Positions 21,019 to 31,968 of a DNA stretch of 64,000 nt are shown here, in pieces. The first letter of the stretch is position 1; every line of letters begins with the position of its first letter. The notes beneath the pieces were generated by a model, which did no database searches, was not told where the DNA came from, and saw only the letters and a list, made by a program, of their open reading frames with translations. The stretch comes from a virus (lineage: Duplodnaviria > Caudoviricetes): IMG/VR virus record IMGVR_UViG_3300021399_000111, positions 77,936 through 141,935 of that record; one strand, written 5' to 3'. Both the position numbers and the translations under genes were made by a program.

Positions 21019-22140
21019 TTATTCAAATAAACAATCAGGACCACTTACTCCACATTTTATATCATTATCTAATATTTCTTGCGGGAGACGGCTTCTAATA
21101 TCTTTAAATTCTTCATCGCTGCCATAAGGTTCGTTTTTTACCTTTTCCATAAATTCAAAAAAAGTAACCTGTGGAATAATATTAATTAAATCTTGAGCCT
21201 TTCCCGCTAACTGCATTGTATAAAGTCCTTTGAGAATATCATCACTAATTTGACTTTCAATTTCTTTATAACATTCATTATAAAATTTCTTTGCATTAAA
21301 GAAATTTTGTTCTGCAAAAACAGGCTTCCGCTCAAGGCATTCAATATATGTAAAATAATGACCTACCATCATTTCTGCGGTAAATCTCGCAATAGAACCA
21401 TTAAAAGGATTTTTCTTTCTACAAAATTTAATAGCATTAATAGATGCAATAGTAGCTCCCCATTGACAAAGATCAAAATTATATTGCGGCATTCCATCTT
21501 CATCTTGCCCAATTCTAGTAATAGAATGCTCAGAGCCAATCCGCCATAAATAAACAGGAGTATCTTGAATCACATTGATCATTAAAGGGCTCCCTTCAAT
21601 GGTCATGCGGATCTTCCAATTTAGCTCACCATCCTCCATAGCGCGCAATTGAGTGAAACCAATTCCATTCTTGCGAAGAAAAGCTACATTGTAGAGTCTC
21701 CCGAATACCCATGGGTGTCCCACATCGCCGCGAGGAATAAACCGAACACCTTGAGGATTATTTTGCACTTCTTGGCAAAAAGGAGCTTGAACTTCAATAA
21801 CTTCAGGTTTATTTACTCCTCTGAGTAAAAATTCAATAGAAAATGGAGTAAAGAATACATCATCCGCATCAATAAAAGTAATCCAATCTGTCTTGCATGC
21901 ATCTAAACATCTTTGTCTTGCAAGCCCAGGGCCTGTATTTTTTTCACATTCAAGAATTGTAATATCTAACTGCGGGAATGCTTTTTTCACAAAATCATAA
22001 TCATCATTTGGGTTGTCTTTCGCAATAATAACTGAAATCATATCTTTTACAGTTTGAATATTAATTGAAGAAAGACAATCTATAATATGAGCTTCCGCTT
22101 TAAAAGCGGGAATACCAACAGTTACTTTCTTTTCATTCAT
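21019..22140 (-). CDS. Glycosyltransferase family 2
   Basis: VGIPAF, NTGPG.ARQ, FIDADD (DxD), MED motifs. Confidence 0.9.
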   Translation of the reverse strand: MNEKKVTVGIPAFKAEAHIIDCLSSINIQTVKDMISVIIAKDNPNDDYDFVKKAFPQLDITILECEKNTGPGLARQRCLDACKTDWITFIDADDVFFTPFSIEFLLRGVNKPEVIEVQAPFCQEVQNNPQGVRFIPRGDVGHPWVFGRLYNVAFLRKNGIGFTQLRAMEDGELNWKIRMTIEGSPLMINVIQDTPVYLWRIGSEHSITRIGQDEDGMPQYNFDLCQWGATIASINAIKFCRKKNPFNGSIARFTAEMMVGHYFTYIECLERKPVFAEQNFFNAKKFYNECYKEIESQISDDILKGLYTMQLAGKAQDLINIIPQVTFFEFMEKVKNEPYGSDEEFKDIRSRLPQEILDNDIKCGVSGPDCLFE

Positions 22141-22393
22141 ATAAATATTTCTCCTTGTGTCTCATTTATATCTCTATATAATAATTATACTATAAATTTT
22201 TTTAGATGTCAAGAGATATTTATTTCTAAATATAATAAAAAAAAAGGAGGATAGATTAAACAAATCTATCCTCCAATTTTTAATATTAAATTATAAAAAT
22301 TATGGCGCAGTAGGAGCTGTCATAGCAGTTCGCATAACGGGTGGAGTTGCTTTCTAGGGGGCAGATATTCTTCTGCCCCCTATTTCTTTATTA

Positions 22394-22603
22394 TTAATCA
22401 TTGCTTGTGTCTATTTTTACATTGATGTTATAAAGATTTGTAATTTCTAATTTTAAAACTTCATCATCTAAAAGAAAATCATCTAAGCAATCATACCCTG
22501 GAAGTCCAAATGTAATTAATAATAAATCATTTTCACTATAGAGATTAACTGTAATTACTTTCTCTGAAGCAATTACTTTAAGTAATCCTTCTAATGTAAT
22601 CAT
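22394..22603 (-). CDS. Hypothetical protein (possible tail-fibre assembly factor)
   Basis: RBS; last gene of the fibre operon. Confidence 0.55.
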   Translation of the reverse strand: MITLEGLLKVIASEKVITVNLYSENDLLLITFGLPGYDCLDDFLLDDEVLKLEITNLYNINVKIDTSND

Positions 22604-22633
22604 GATGTGTTACCTCTCTTAATTATTCTATTT

Positions 22634-24598
22634 TTATTCTTTTGTTTCAAGAGCTTCTATTCTTTTAGTAAGATTATTTATCTCCTGTTGTTGCATTTGA
22701 CAAAGCTTGATCAAGTACGGTGTAAATTGTTCATAAGCAACAGATCTAGGAACAAGTTTATTCTTATCTTCTTCACTAGGTTCATGTATAATTAAATCTG
22801 GTAATATTTTTTCTACTTCTTCTGCAATTACACCAACTTTATCATTTAATCTAGTATTAGATACTTGATCATCATTATAATCAAAAGTAATTGTACGGAT
22901 ATCTAAGATTTTCTTTGCTCTTTCTTCAGTTAAATCTTCTATATTATGTTTATATCTTCTGGATGATGTACCTGTGCTCCAAATAACAGTAGAACCAATG
23001 GCATAAACGAGATTTTTGTCGGTTTGCATAGTAAGAGTGCACTTCGTATTAGGAACGCCAAATGCTACCATAGTTGATTTATCCTCACTACCTATAGAGA
23101 CAGCATAAGCGCGCCCTTCATTATCCCTTTGGACAATCGTAGCTCCAGAAGAAGTGCCTTGAGTGGCATTTAAAAAGGCTGCAGATTTAAGACCCTTAAC
23201 ACTTACATCTGCAGATGTACCGTTAGTATTAACTGAGATAGTACCATTAGCACTACCTGTACCAATACTTCTAACTCCACTATTACTAAATTTAGTACCA
23301 GAAAGAGATATTCCATCACCCGCAGAATAAGTAGTATCAGTAGTAGGGGGTGTGTATCCTAATGCACCAGTCACATTAGCCTTGGTTAAACTAAATGTAG
23401 TACCATTAAGTGTGATATTGCTACCCGCAGAATAGGTAGTATCAGTAGTGGGAGGAGTATATCCTAGTGCTCCAGTTACATTGGCTTTAGTCAAGCTAAA
23501 TGTTGTTCCATTAAGTGTTATGTTACTACCAGCAGAATAAGTGGTGTTAGTGGTAGGTGGTGTGTATCCTAATGCACCAGTTACATTGGCTTTTGTTAAG
23601 CTAAATGTAGTACCGTTAAGTGTTATATTATTTCCTGCGGAATAAGTTGTGTTATTGTCAGGAGGAACAACCCATTTTCCGTCTTGCCTTAAATACTTAG
23701 TAGTAGTAGTTTCATTAGGTAATTGTGGTGCTAAGCCATTTGCTGTTTTAGATACTACTCCTGGCTTATTAGAAAGATCACTATATGATCCACTAAATGC
23801 TACCGTTTTGAGATCAGCAAAATATTTCTTAATTTTACCAAATAATGTAGCTATAGTTTCTCCGCTATCAATATTAGTTCTACTAGCGGCTGCTGTAAAT
23901 GTAGGAGTTTGATTATTAGTAGTTACATTAGGTACATTACCTAATCCAACATCACTAGCAGTAGTTCCATGAGGGTTAGTCCCCGCGGGATGCGTATATA
24001 CATTAGTTTCAGTTCCATTAATAATTACATTACCATTTGTAGTACTAGCTTCTACTTTAGTAGCATCAGTTCGAGCATGAGCAGATTGTGAGTGATCATA
24101 AGCGGTTTTACCTCTATCACCGCGGTAAGCGGTAGTAGAAGTTTCACCTAAAGCAAGATCAGTTCCAACAATTGCATAAGTAGTGCCACCCCAACGATAA
24201 GTTACATTATTTGGAATATCAATATAAATTTTACCATTTTCTGGAGTTATTTCTTTTGTTTTAGCAGAATCTTCATAAAATTTTCCGCTTGCTTTATCAA
24301 AATAACCTTCAATTACATCATCCACATAAGAAGGAAGTTGTGCGGTAGGCACATGACCATATTCATCTAATGTGGCGATACCTGGAATTGGGTTACTAGG
24401 ATCTGTTTTATCAGTAGGTTTCCCAATCATCTTAAAGAATTTATTTTCTACCTCAGTAAAATATTTTTTTATTTTTCCAAGAATTGTAGAATGTGATTCT
24501 TTGCTATTTATATTTGCCCTTGTGGAGGCTTCAGTGAACGTAGGATTGAGAAGTTCCCTAGTATCACTACTATCATAAATATTATCTTGTGCTCTCAT
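22634..24598 (-). CDS. Tail fibre protein with C-terminal intramolecular chaperone (peptidase S74)
   Basis: GLGNV.N repeat; SSRRYKHNI autocleavage motif, G.IAEEV, terminal coiled coil. Confidence 0.88.
   Translation of the reverse strand: MRAQDNIYDSSDTRELLNPTFTEASTRANINSKESHSTILGKIKKYFTEVENKFFKMIGKPTDKTDPSNPIPGIATLDEYGHVPTAQLPSYVDDVIEGYFDKASGKFYEDSAKTKEITPENGKIYIDIPNNVTYRWGGTTYAIVGTDLALGETSTTAYRGDRGKTAYDHSQSAHARTDATKVEASTTNGNVIINGTETNVYTHPAGTNPHGTTASDVGLGNVPNVTTNNQTPTFTAAASRTNIDSGETIATLFGKIKKYFADLKTVAFSGSYSDLSNKPGVVSKTANGLAPQLPNETTTTKYLRQDGKWVVPPDNNTTYSAGNNITLNGTTFSLTKANVTGALGYTPPTTNTTYSAGSNITLNGTTFSLTKANVTGALGYTPPTTDTTYSAGSNITLNGTTFSLTKANVTGALGYTPPTTDTTYSAGDGISLSGTKFSNSGVRSIGTGSANGTISVNTNGTSADVSVKGLKSAAFLNATQGTSSGATIVQRDNEGRAYAVSIGSEDKSTMVAFGVPNTKCTLTMQTDKNLVYAIGSTVIWSTGTSSRRYKHNIEDLTEERAKKILDIRTITFDYNDDQVSNTRLNDKVGVIAEEVEKILPDLIIHEPSEEDKNKLVPRSVAYEQFTPYLIKLCQMQQQEINNLTKRIEALETKE
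23321..23650 (-). repeat. Three tandem 105-bp (35-aa) repeats in the tail fibre
   Basis: TTYSAG(S/N)NITLNGTTFSLTKANVTGALGYTPPTT(D/N) x3, diverged at synonymous sites. Confidence 0.95.
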
Positions 24599-24692
24599 TC
24601 CTTCGAGACCTCCTCTTTTATTTAAAAAATCAAGACAAAAGGGAGGCGGAAATGCCTCCCTTTATGGATGCGAGTGACCAAGGGCCGCCGCA

Positions 24693-24911
24693 TTAATTCG
24701 AAACAACTTTAACCATACCTTCAATAGTTACATTACCATCAGCATTTGGAACACCAGAGACGAGGTATTTCCCCGTCTCCCGCTCCTCTTCGGTCATCGC
24801 TAACCATTCTTCATATGTTTTATTTGTAAATCTATTTTCTTTTATTGCCCCAGCATATTCTGTGAGGACTTCTTCAGCGTCTTCATAAGACATAAAATTT
24901 TTATCGCTCAT
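24693..24911 (-). CDS. Tail-operon small protein
   Basis: T.EEW.A.T.EE...KY module shared with neighbours. Confidence 0.65.
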   Translation of the reverse strand: MSDKNFMSYEDAEEVLTEYAGAIKENRFTNKTYEEWLAMTEEERETGKYLVSGVPNADGNVTIEGMVKVVSN

Positions 24912-24932
24912 TTTTATTTAGTCCTCCTAAAA

Positions 24933-26357
24933 TTATCCTTCAGTAAATAATCCAATGGCAAAACCACGACCCCAGTTTCCACCACCAGTAATGCCGTTAA
25001 TTATAATATTGTTACCGTCATACTCATAAGTAGCATTTGTTAATTGAGTTGACATATCAGATGAATAGAATCTTAATGTTGCATCCCATCCAGTACTTTG
25101 TCCAGTCCAGATATAAAAAACTGCACCAGAACCATTCTGATTGGCATATACACATTGAATAATATTTCTATATCCACTAAAGATTTTCTTAAATCCAGGG
25201 ATGATTATTCTATTAGCATTTGTAGTAAGATATGCCATTCTTATTTTAGGATCGAATCCAATAACATTTCCTAAGACATCGGTAATCTCTGGGTTAGTCA
25301 TAGAGCAACGAGTATATTCAGTTTCTGGATCATTTGCTATTCTTACAAGAGGATAATATGTTACTCCAGAACTAATATCTACTCCATTTTCAGCAATCAT
25401 TCTTACTTCAACATTATTAATTGTTTCTGTAACTCTGAATATCTTAGGAACTTCTCCTGCTTTTTTATCTATCGCTGGAGAGCTTCCTTTATAAAGTTGG
25501 ACATAATATGTATGAGGATTTCCACCAGCTACTCCGGAAAGAATATAAGTTCCAGGTTTAAGATTAACTCTACCAAAACTAAAAATGGCAGCACTACTGC
25601 TACTATTAACACCAGTTGCAGAAATTGACATATTAGAATTAACTGTATATGTTATTCCATTATGCGTATAAGTATCTCCAGGATAATTATACCAAGGCTT
25701 AACCATATTTCTAGCACCTAGCATCTTATTTGCTTCCCAATCCATCTTGTTTTTGCTAAGATCCTGATTGGTTGCTCCGTAAGATTCAAATGTATCGTCC
25801 ATATCTTCAATATGACGAATCATAGGCTTAAATGTAATATCAATATTACTTTCTTTAAGCCAATAGCCAGTTCCGCCTCTAATATATTTAAGATTATCTT
25901 TTACTTCAAATATAATACCATTGCCTTCATCGTAGTATATCTCAGAAATATCTGCAGAACCAGATGGATTTTTATAATATAATATTATCCAGCAATAATA
26001 TTTACTATTAGAAAGGGTATCCGGATCATAATATCCACCTTCTGGGCAACCTGTTAGTATATATTTCCCTTTTGGTAATATAAAATCTTTTTTGCGATCT
26101 TTAAATCTTATAGATGTATCACCTGTTGCCAATGATCTATCACCAGTAAGAGTAAATGAACCATCTCCATTATCAGTCCAATCTATTGATCCTTTAGCAC
26201 TAGATGAAGAATCATCTTCTGGCTGTTCCCAAGGATAAGGAATAAGATTCTTAGCACCATTATTTTCTTGAATATCTTTTATACTTTTAATTACATCATA
26301 AGGAGTCCCAGCGATTCCTTGTTCTACGCCATTGGCGTCTCTATATTTCAAACTCAT
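24933..26357 (-). CDS. Putative tail/receptor-binding protein with two beta-sandwich repeats
   Basis: Two GA.N...P...L..G.YIL.G...G...PM/L.R repeats; in fibre operon. Confidence 0.65.
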   Translation of the reverse strand: MSLKYRDANGVEQGIAGTPYDVIKSIKDIQENNGAKNLIPYPWEQPEDDSSSSAKGSIDWTDNGDGSFTLTGDRSLATGDTSIRFKDRKKDFILPKGKYILTGCPEGGYYDPDTLSNSKYYCWIILYYKNPSGSADISEIYYDEGNGIIFEVKDNLKYIRGGTGYWLKESNIDITFKPMIRHIEDMDDTFESYGATNQDLSKNKMDWEANKMLGARNMVKPWYNYPGDTYTHNGITYTVNSNMSISATGVNSSSSAAIFSFGRVNLKPGTYILSGVAGGNPHTYYVQLYKGSSPAIDKKAGEVPKIFRVTETINNVEVRMIAENGVDISSGVTYYPLVRIANDPETEYTRCSMTNPEITDVLGNVIGFDPKIRMAYLTTNANRIIIPGFKKIFSGYRNIIQCVYANQNGSGAVFYIWTGQSTGWDATLRFYSSDMSTQLTNATYEYDGNNIIINGITGGGNWGRGFAIGLFTEG

Positions 26358-26372
26358 TTCGCTTTACCTCCT

Positions 26373-26930
26373 TTATACTGGGGTTACTGTAATAGTACTA
26401 CTATGTCTAATTGGCATTATAATGGTTCCATAGTATCTCTTTACTTGTGCAGTAAAACTAGTATCGGTTATATTTGTGATTATCGTACCGCTATGGTCAC
26501 CAACAATATCCGTTATAGCATCTGACCCGCCTCTAAATACGTATACATTTGGAATGCCCGTTCCATATCCTTCAAAACACAAGAAAAATTCTCCCATTTT
26601 ATTGAACGAGACATTATAAGTTTTGCCATTTGGACCTGCATCACCTGATAAAGTAATACTTTTATTTTGTTTATTCGCAAGATTATTAACTATATTTGCT
26701 ACTGAATCATAGACTGCATTACTGGTTACAGGATTCATATTGCCATTCTCTACTGCATCCACTACACCAGTAATATCACCATCATCAGTGATGGCTATAA
26801 GACAGTTTGTCGGGAGGGTCCCGGCAGCCGCAGCAGCATCATGAGCTGCCTTGGTGCCGAGCCAGATACGCTGTCCGTTAGCCAGAGTTGTGAGAGTCCC
26901 TGTTAAGGGATCATATTTATTTAAACTCAT
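26373..26930 (-). CDS. Putative tail fibre component
   Basis: GNMNPVTSNAVY module. Confidence 0.65.
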   Translation of the reverse strand: MSLNKYDPLTGTLTTLANGQRIWLGTKAAHDAAAAAGTLPTNCLIAITDDGDITGVVDAVENGNMNPVTSNAVYDSVANIVNNLANKQNKSITLSGDAGPNGKTYNVSFNKMGEFFLCFEGYGTGIPNVYVFRGGSDAITDIVGDHSGTIITNITDTSFTAQVKRYYGTIIMPIRHSSTITVTPV

Positions 26931-26949
26931 TTATCTGTTTCCTCCTTTA

Positions 26950-29900
26950 TTATACTGGGGTTATATTTTGAAGTAAATTATATCTGGTCATATTGCCATT
27001 AGTATCATATTTGAGCCAATATAACGTTCCGGAGACAACTCCTAAAATATAAATGTTATTGGTCGTTTTATCTTTAAATTTTATAAGAGATAATAATGAT
27101 TCATCCATTGCATGAGATATAGTATAAGCACAGCCTACATCTCGTCCACCAGCCCATGATGAGGTACCAGTTGCAGTTTCTTTGAATGGATATAACGCAC
27201 ACTTCCATGTATGTGTATGACCACACCATGAATATACATATCCATTAAGATCTGTCATGGCTGCAGTATTATAACTGTTATTACCTGTTTTTACAATCAC
27301 TAGTGTTCCATAATGAGCAGAAGGTAAATCAGTAGGCTCATTACTATCATTAACTAATACTACAGTATAATGACCATTAGGCAAAGTTTCCACTAATTCT
27401 TTAGTAGTTCTAGATATACCTTTTTCAATATTTGCATAATTGAGAAGCTGTGTTATATTGACAAAATTTTGAACTGGTCTTGTATAATTATAAACAGCTC
27501 CACCGCTGACAGCATTCATATCACCCTCAACAACTGATCCGGCAATATAAGCATCGCCATCAGCACAAAGGTCATCCGTAAAAGCTACTAAATCATATTT
27601 AGCCTTTTCTTCAGTTGTCAAAGCTTCCCATTCTGTATGAGTTCCACGGAAAATATAATCCTGTTTTTTATCAATTGCTTCTTTTACTACTTTATTTTGA
27701 ACAGGATTGATTGATTCATCATCTAATTCATCATCTATAACAATATTAATAGTAGGAACCCAACTATAAGTTACATCACCAGTATCTGGATCAGTTTCAC
27801 TCTTACATTCATAAATATATCCTTTAGTAAGAGTAGATGTTGTAGCTCCTTTATAATGAATTAATTTACCAAGATAAGTAGCAGATGCGACAGGAAGATT
27901 AACTAAACTATCTAATTTATCTTCTAATGCAGATTTAATACTAGTTATTTCAACATTAGTGCCAACTGTGACAGTATCACCAATAGCAATTGGAGAAGTT
28001 ACTTTGTAAAGTTGGTCATTTACAATAATTAAATCGTCAATAGCATGAGCAGATTCTGCAATAGGTTTATCAACAGTTGCAATATCAGCTAAAATTTTAG
28101 CGATAGTGGCTTTGTTAGATTGTGAATCATCATAAGCGATTTTACCTCTATCACCTCTATAGGCGGTTTCGGCAGTTTCGCCAAGAGCAAGAGAAGAACC
28201 AATATTAATAAAAGTACTTCCGCTCCATCTGTAACTCTTTTCAGTAAGAAGATCTACATAAATTTTACCAGTTTCACCAGTAATTTCATCTTCCCATGTC
28301 CGTACAAACTCATAATAGGTCTTGCCAGCGTCTACAGTAATATCAGTAGTAAGAATATAATCAGTACCATCAAATTCATACCAACCTTCTTCTGAAGGGT
28401 TCTCAGTTCCAACAGGAGTTACTGCATCAAAAGATTCAGTATATGTTTCATAGAACTTACCATCATCTTCATTATAATATCCTTCTATTACATCATCAAC
28501 ATAAGAAGGAAGCTGAGATGCGGGAACCTTTCCGCTTTCATTAAGTTCTGCAAGACCTTTAGCAGCACCTTTAAGAGAAACATTAAGTTTCTTCTGATTA
28601 AGAAGTCCTAATGCACCTTCAACTGTTGTAGCATTTGCAGTTTCACTATCAATTTTTAAAGGTGTATCAAGAACTTTATTTTGTTTAAGTTTAAGAAGAT
28701 CTTCAATAGTTATTGCGGAAATGTTTGTTCCAACAACAAATGTATCACCTGTATCAATTGCCGCAATTACTTTATAAAGAACATCTTCTCTAATAAGAAG
28801 ATCATTAACTGCATAAGCTTTAGATGCAGTTGTACCATTTTCAAGTCCAGTAATATCCTTTTCAAGTTGCTCAATAACATCATCTCTATCACCAAGAAGA
28901 CTGTTTACCCATTCTTCTACTGTAATAGATTCAATATTAGTATCTACAACAAGAGGATCATTAATTGCAATAGCTACTTTGACTTTGTAAAGTGCATCTT
29001 CTAAGATAAGCAAATCTCCTACAGAGTAGGCTTTAGATGCGGCTGCCGCATCTTCCTCGACGCCAGTGATCATGCTTTCCGCAGTATAAACGTCAAGGTC
29101 AGTTTTAAGAGCCTCTTTAAGAGTGTTGCTTAATGTAATTTTGGTAGCATTAACTTTAAAATCAGTAACTTTACTACCAGATGCCTGGTGAGAAACTTCA
29201 ATATCTGCGGGAGTTACATTTACATTTTGATTTGTATTATGTAAATGGATACCATCTTTAGAAACCCCTATATATTTATTTCCGCTATCATCAACGAACA
29301 TCATGTTGTTGTTATTGCCAGAAACAACTTGTGCGGGATTGCTATTAAAAATATCTTGTAAACTAGAAACACTATTGAAACTTCTAATATCATCAATTTT
29401 TGCGAGCTGGTCTGCGGTTTGTTTTGCTTTATTACCAACCCAATATGTTACAGCAGACGCAGAAGTAAAAGTATATGCACCATCAACAATTATTGCATCA
29501 TAGAAAGCAACATCTTGTTCGTCATACATCTTCATATTTCCATCTGTTGAAGTAACAATAATTTTAGAAATTTGATGTCCATCATATTTAAATCTCTTAG
29601 CCGCGGGAATGTAAGTATAATGAACATTGTCTGTAGAAGAACTAAATCCATTATTCGTAAAAGCTTCAGTATTTGCATCCATATCTGTATGAGATAAAAG
29701 GATATTTACTGTAGACCATTTTTCAGAATAATAGAAAGGATATAACATACCAGAACTTATTACCCCAATAAAAAGAGGTTCAAGTGCAGTATTATATATA
29801 TTCATTTCTCCTGTTGTGCTATTGATTACAATAGTAGAAATACTATAATCAGCTTCATTATGTAAATATCGAATATTAGCAGTAGCAGGAGTAAAAGTGT

Positions 29901-30141
29901 ATTCATCGCCATCAACATTAGTTGCAAAACCAATAGCCTCAAGATTTGTAGTATTGATAGTCATATCAGAAGCAGACAATTCAATACTATTAAATACCCA
30001 GTTATCAGAAGCAACTCTATAAATTGCATCAACAAGGTACTGGCTAGGTAATGTCGCTACATCAATAATTGGGAGATTCGCAAATGCTGATGTTAATGGA
30101 TTAAGTTCATCCGTAATAGGATTATAAACATTAACACTCAT
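26950..30141 (-). CDS. Large putative tail fibre protein
   Basis: QLPSYVDDVIEGY and LALGET..TAYRGDRGK modules shared with 22634-24598; three ASKAY..DL...LYKV..I..GTN repeats; S.NPVQNK. Confidence 0.75.
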   Translation of the reverse strand: MSVNVYNPITDELNPLTSAFANLPIIDVATLPSQYLVDAIYRVASDNWVFNSIELSASDMTINTTNLEAIGFATNVDGDEYTFTPATANIRYLHNEADYSISTIVINSTTGEMNIYNTALEPLFIGVISSGMLYPFYYSEKWSTVNILLSHTDMDANTEAFTNNGFSSSTDNVHYTYIPAAKRFKYDGHQISKIIVTSTDGNMKMYDEQDVAFYDAIIVDGAYTFTSASAVTYWVGNKAKQTADQLAKIDDIRSFNSVSSLQDIFNSNPAQVVSGNNNNMMFVDDSGNKYIGVSKDGIHLHNTNQNVNVTPADIEVSHQASGSKVTDFKVNATKITLSNTLKEALKTDLDVYTAESMITGVEEDAAAASKAYSVGDLLILEDALYKVKVAIAINDPLVVDTNIESITVEEWVNSLLGDRDDVIEQLEKDITGLENGTTASKAYAVNDLLIREDVLYKVIAAIDTGDTFVVGTNISAITIEDLLKLKQNKVLDTPLKIDSETANATTVEGALGLLNQKKLNVSLKGAAKGLAELNESGKVPASQLPSYVDDVIEGYYNEDDGKFYETYTESFDAVTPVGTENPSEEGWYEFDGTDYILTTDITVDAGKTYYEFVRTWEDEITGETGKIYVDLLTEKSYRWSGSTFINIGSSLALGETAETAYRGDRGKIAYDDSQSNKATIAKILADIATVDKPIAESAHAIDDLIIVNDQLYKVTSPIAIGDTVTVGTNVEITSIKSALEDKLDSLVNLPVASATYLGKLIHYKGATTSTLTKGYIYECKSETDPDTGDVTYSWVPTINIVIDDELDDESINPVQNKVVKEAIDKKQDYIFRGTHTEWEALTTEEKAKYDLVAFTDDLCADGDAYIAGSVVEGDMNAVSGGAVYNYTRPVQNFVNITQLLNYANIEKGISRTTKELVETLPNGHYTVVLVNDSNEPTDLPSAHYGTLVIVKTGNNSYNTAAMTDLNGYVYSWCGHTHTWKCALYPFKETATGTSSWAGGRDVGCAYTISHAMDESLLSLIKFKDKTTNNIYILGVVSGTLYWLKYDTNGNMTRYNLLQNITPV

Positions 30142-30159
30142 TAATGATTCCTCCTTATA

Positions 30160-30768
30160 TTAATCTTTTATAAACATTATATCACATATAACATCAGCAG
30201 CAGGAGCAGCTTGTGCAGTAAAAACAATCTTACCCGCATCAGTATCTGCGTCTATTTTAGCTGTTCTTGCTATACTAGGATTGTTATAAAAAATTTGTGC
30301 ATGTGTATTAGCAGAAATGCGTGAATCAATCACTTCCGCAATTAAAGTAGTTGAATCAAAAACTAAAGGAACATTTTTTATAATAATTAAATCTTGCATA
30401 TCTTTAATAGCTTGATAAACGCCATTACTGGTAACAGGATTCATGTTGCCATCTTCGACAATATTGGCTAAAAACCATTCTTCGCCAGCAAGGTCATCTG
30501 TTAAACAAACTAAAAGATATTTCTTTTTTTCATCTATTTCTAAAGCATGCCATTCAGCTCTTGTACCTGTGAATATATTAGGATGCCTAGGATCTTCTTG
30601 ATTTAGATCATCCAAAAAATTAACTATTTTATATAATACTTTTCTTTCTGGAGGAAGAGCGGCCCAGGCCTCCCGAGTACCAGTAAAAGTACTTGGATGT
30701 CTATATTCGAGGTCTATAGATAATCGCTCAAGACCCGCGTCATCTAAATACTTAATTTTATCATTCAT
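30160..30768 (-). CDS. Putative tail fibre component
   Basis: YLD.AGL start, two FTGTR.EW repeats, GNMNPVTSN. Confidence 0.65.
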   Translation of the reverse strand: MNDKIKYLDDAGLERLSIDLEYRHPSTFTGTREAWAALPPERKVLYKIVNFLDDLNQEDPRHPNIFTGTRAEWHALEIDEKKKYLLVCLTDDLAGEEWFLANIVEDGNMNPVTSNGVYQAIKDMQDLIIIKNVPLVFDSTTLIAEVIDSRISANTHAQIFYNNPSIARTAKIDADTDAGKIVFTAQAAPAADVICDIMFIKD

Positions 30769-30842
30769 TATGTATTAACCTCCAAGTATATAATTAGGGG
30801 CCTGATATAGAATTTTATACCAGGCCCCTATATATTTAAAAG

Positions 30843-31934
30843 TTAGATAAAGAGATCATCAATTTCCTTTTCTGTTATTCTAACCATATCATCAGTACCG
30901 CCATTAGACTGGGCAACCCACTCTTTTTCAGTAGCATCATACTGATAAATAACAGCCTTCTTGTAATGATCTGCTTCAGTATAGTAAACTTTTGCAGGAT
31001 CAACAGTAGTATCTTCAGAAGCTACAAAAGCACACTCATAATATGTCTTACCTGCATCTGCTGTAATATCTGTGCTAAGTACATAAAAGACTGCGCTAGG
31101 ATCAGTAGCATCTTCCTCATAAAGACCTTGCTGCTTAGGATTGTAAATTGTAGCAGGATCAGCAACAGGAGTTGCAGAATCTAATTCAAAATATCCATTC
31201 TCATTAGGTCTTCCTTCAGGGGTCTCAACCTTAACATAAATCTTAGAAGTTTCACCCATATAAAGGAATGTTCTACCATCAACTAATCTAGATGCGGGTC
31301 CCTGAGGGAACGTATCACCAAACTCAAGATATCTATCTTCAAGGTCGAATACTCCACCAAGAAGATCCCACTTCATAACAGTGCCAGCTTCAAAATAATC
31401 CTTACCAGCTACTGCAAGTCTATCTTGAGAAAGCTTATAAGTAACTTCAGTTTCCTTCTCATACCAACCTAAAGCAGAAGGATCTTCAGTACCAACAGGA
31501 GTTACTTCAGTATAAGTTTCAGGATCTGTTCCATTTGCTTGATAATATGTTTTGCTAGGATCAACACTAGTGTCAGTAGAAAGTGTATAAACATCAGTTG
31601 TAGTATCAACTTCATACCAACCTCTAGCCTTAGGATCATCATCCGCCGCAACAGTAGCAACTTTAGTATATTCACCAGTAAGTAATTCTACTGCGGCAAT
31701 GTTTTCACCATCAGCTACGATGTGACCAGCACCTTCAACGAAATCATCAGTTGTAAGACCGCCAGTTTTAATATTATACATCCAACCAGCTTTTACAGTA
31801 TTAAGCGCAGGAAGTGCTTCAATGTTTTCTACGGTACTCTTAAATACGATAGCTTGAATTGGAGCATACTTTTTGTCAATATTTTCAACTAAACGCTGAA
31901 GACCCGCATAATCGAGGTATTGTTTTTGTGCCAT
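30843..31934 (-). CDS. Putative virion fibre protein
   Basis: YLDYAGL start; P...GWYE..LS.D.....KTYY repeats; EIDDLF end. Confidence 0.65.
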   Translation of the reverse strand: MAQKQYLDYAGLQRLVENIDKKYAPIQAIVFKSTVENIEALPALNTVKAGWMYNIKTGGLTTDDFVEGAGHIVADGENIAAVELLTGEYTKVATVAADDDPKARGWYEVDTTTDVYTLSTDTSVDPSKTYYQANGTDPETYTEVTPVGTEDPSALGWYEKETEVTYKLSQDRLAVAGKDYFEAGTVMKWDLLGGVFDLEDRYLEFGDTFPQGPASRLVDGRTFLYMGETSKIYVKVETPEGRPNENGYFELDSATPVADPATIYNPKQQGLYEEDATDPSAVFYVLSTDITADAGKTYYECAFVASEDTTVDPAKVYYTEADHYKKAVIYQYDATEKEWVAQSNGGTDDMVRITEKEIDDLFI

Positions 31935-31968
31935 TTGTTTAATTTCCTTTCTTTAAAATTTTTTAGTT

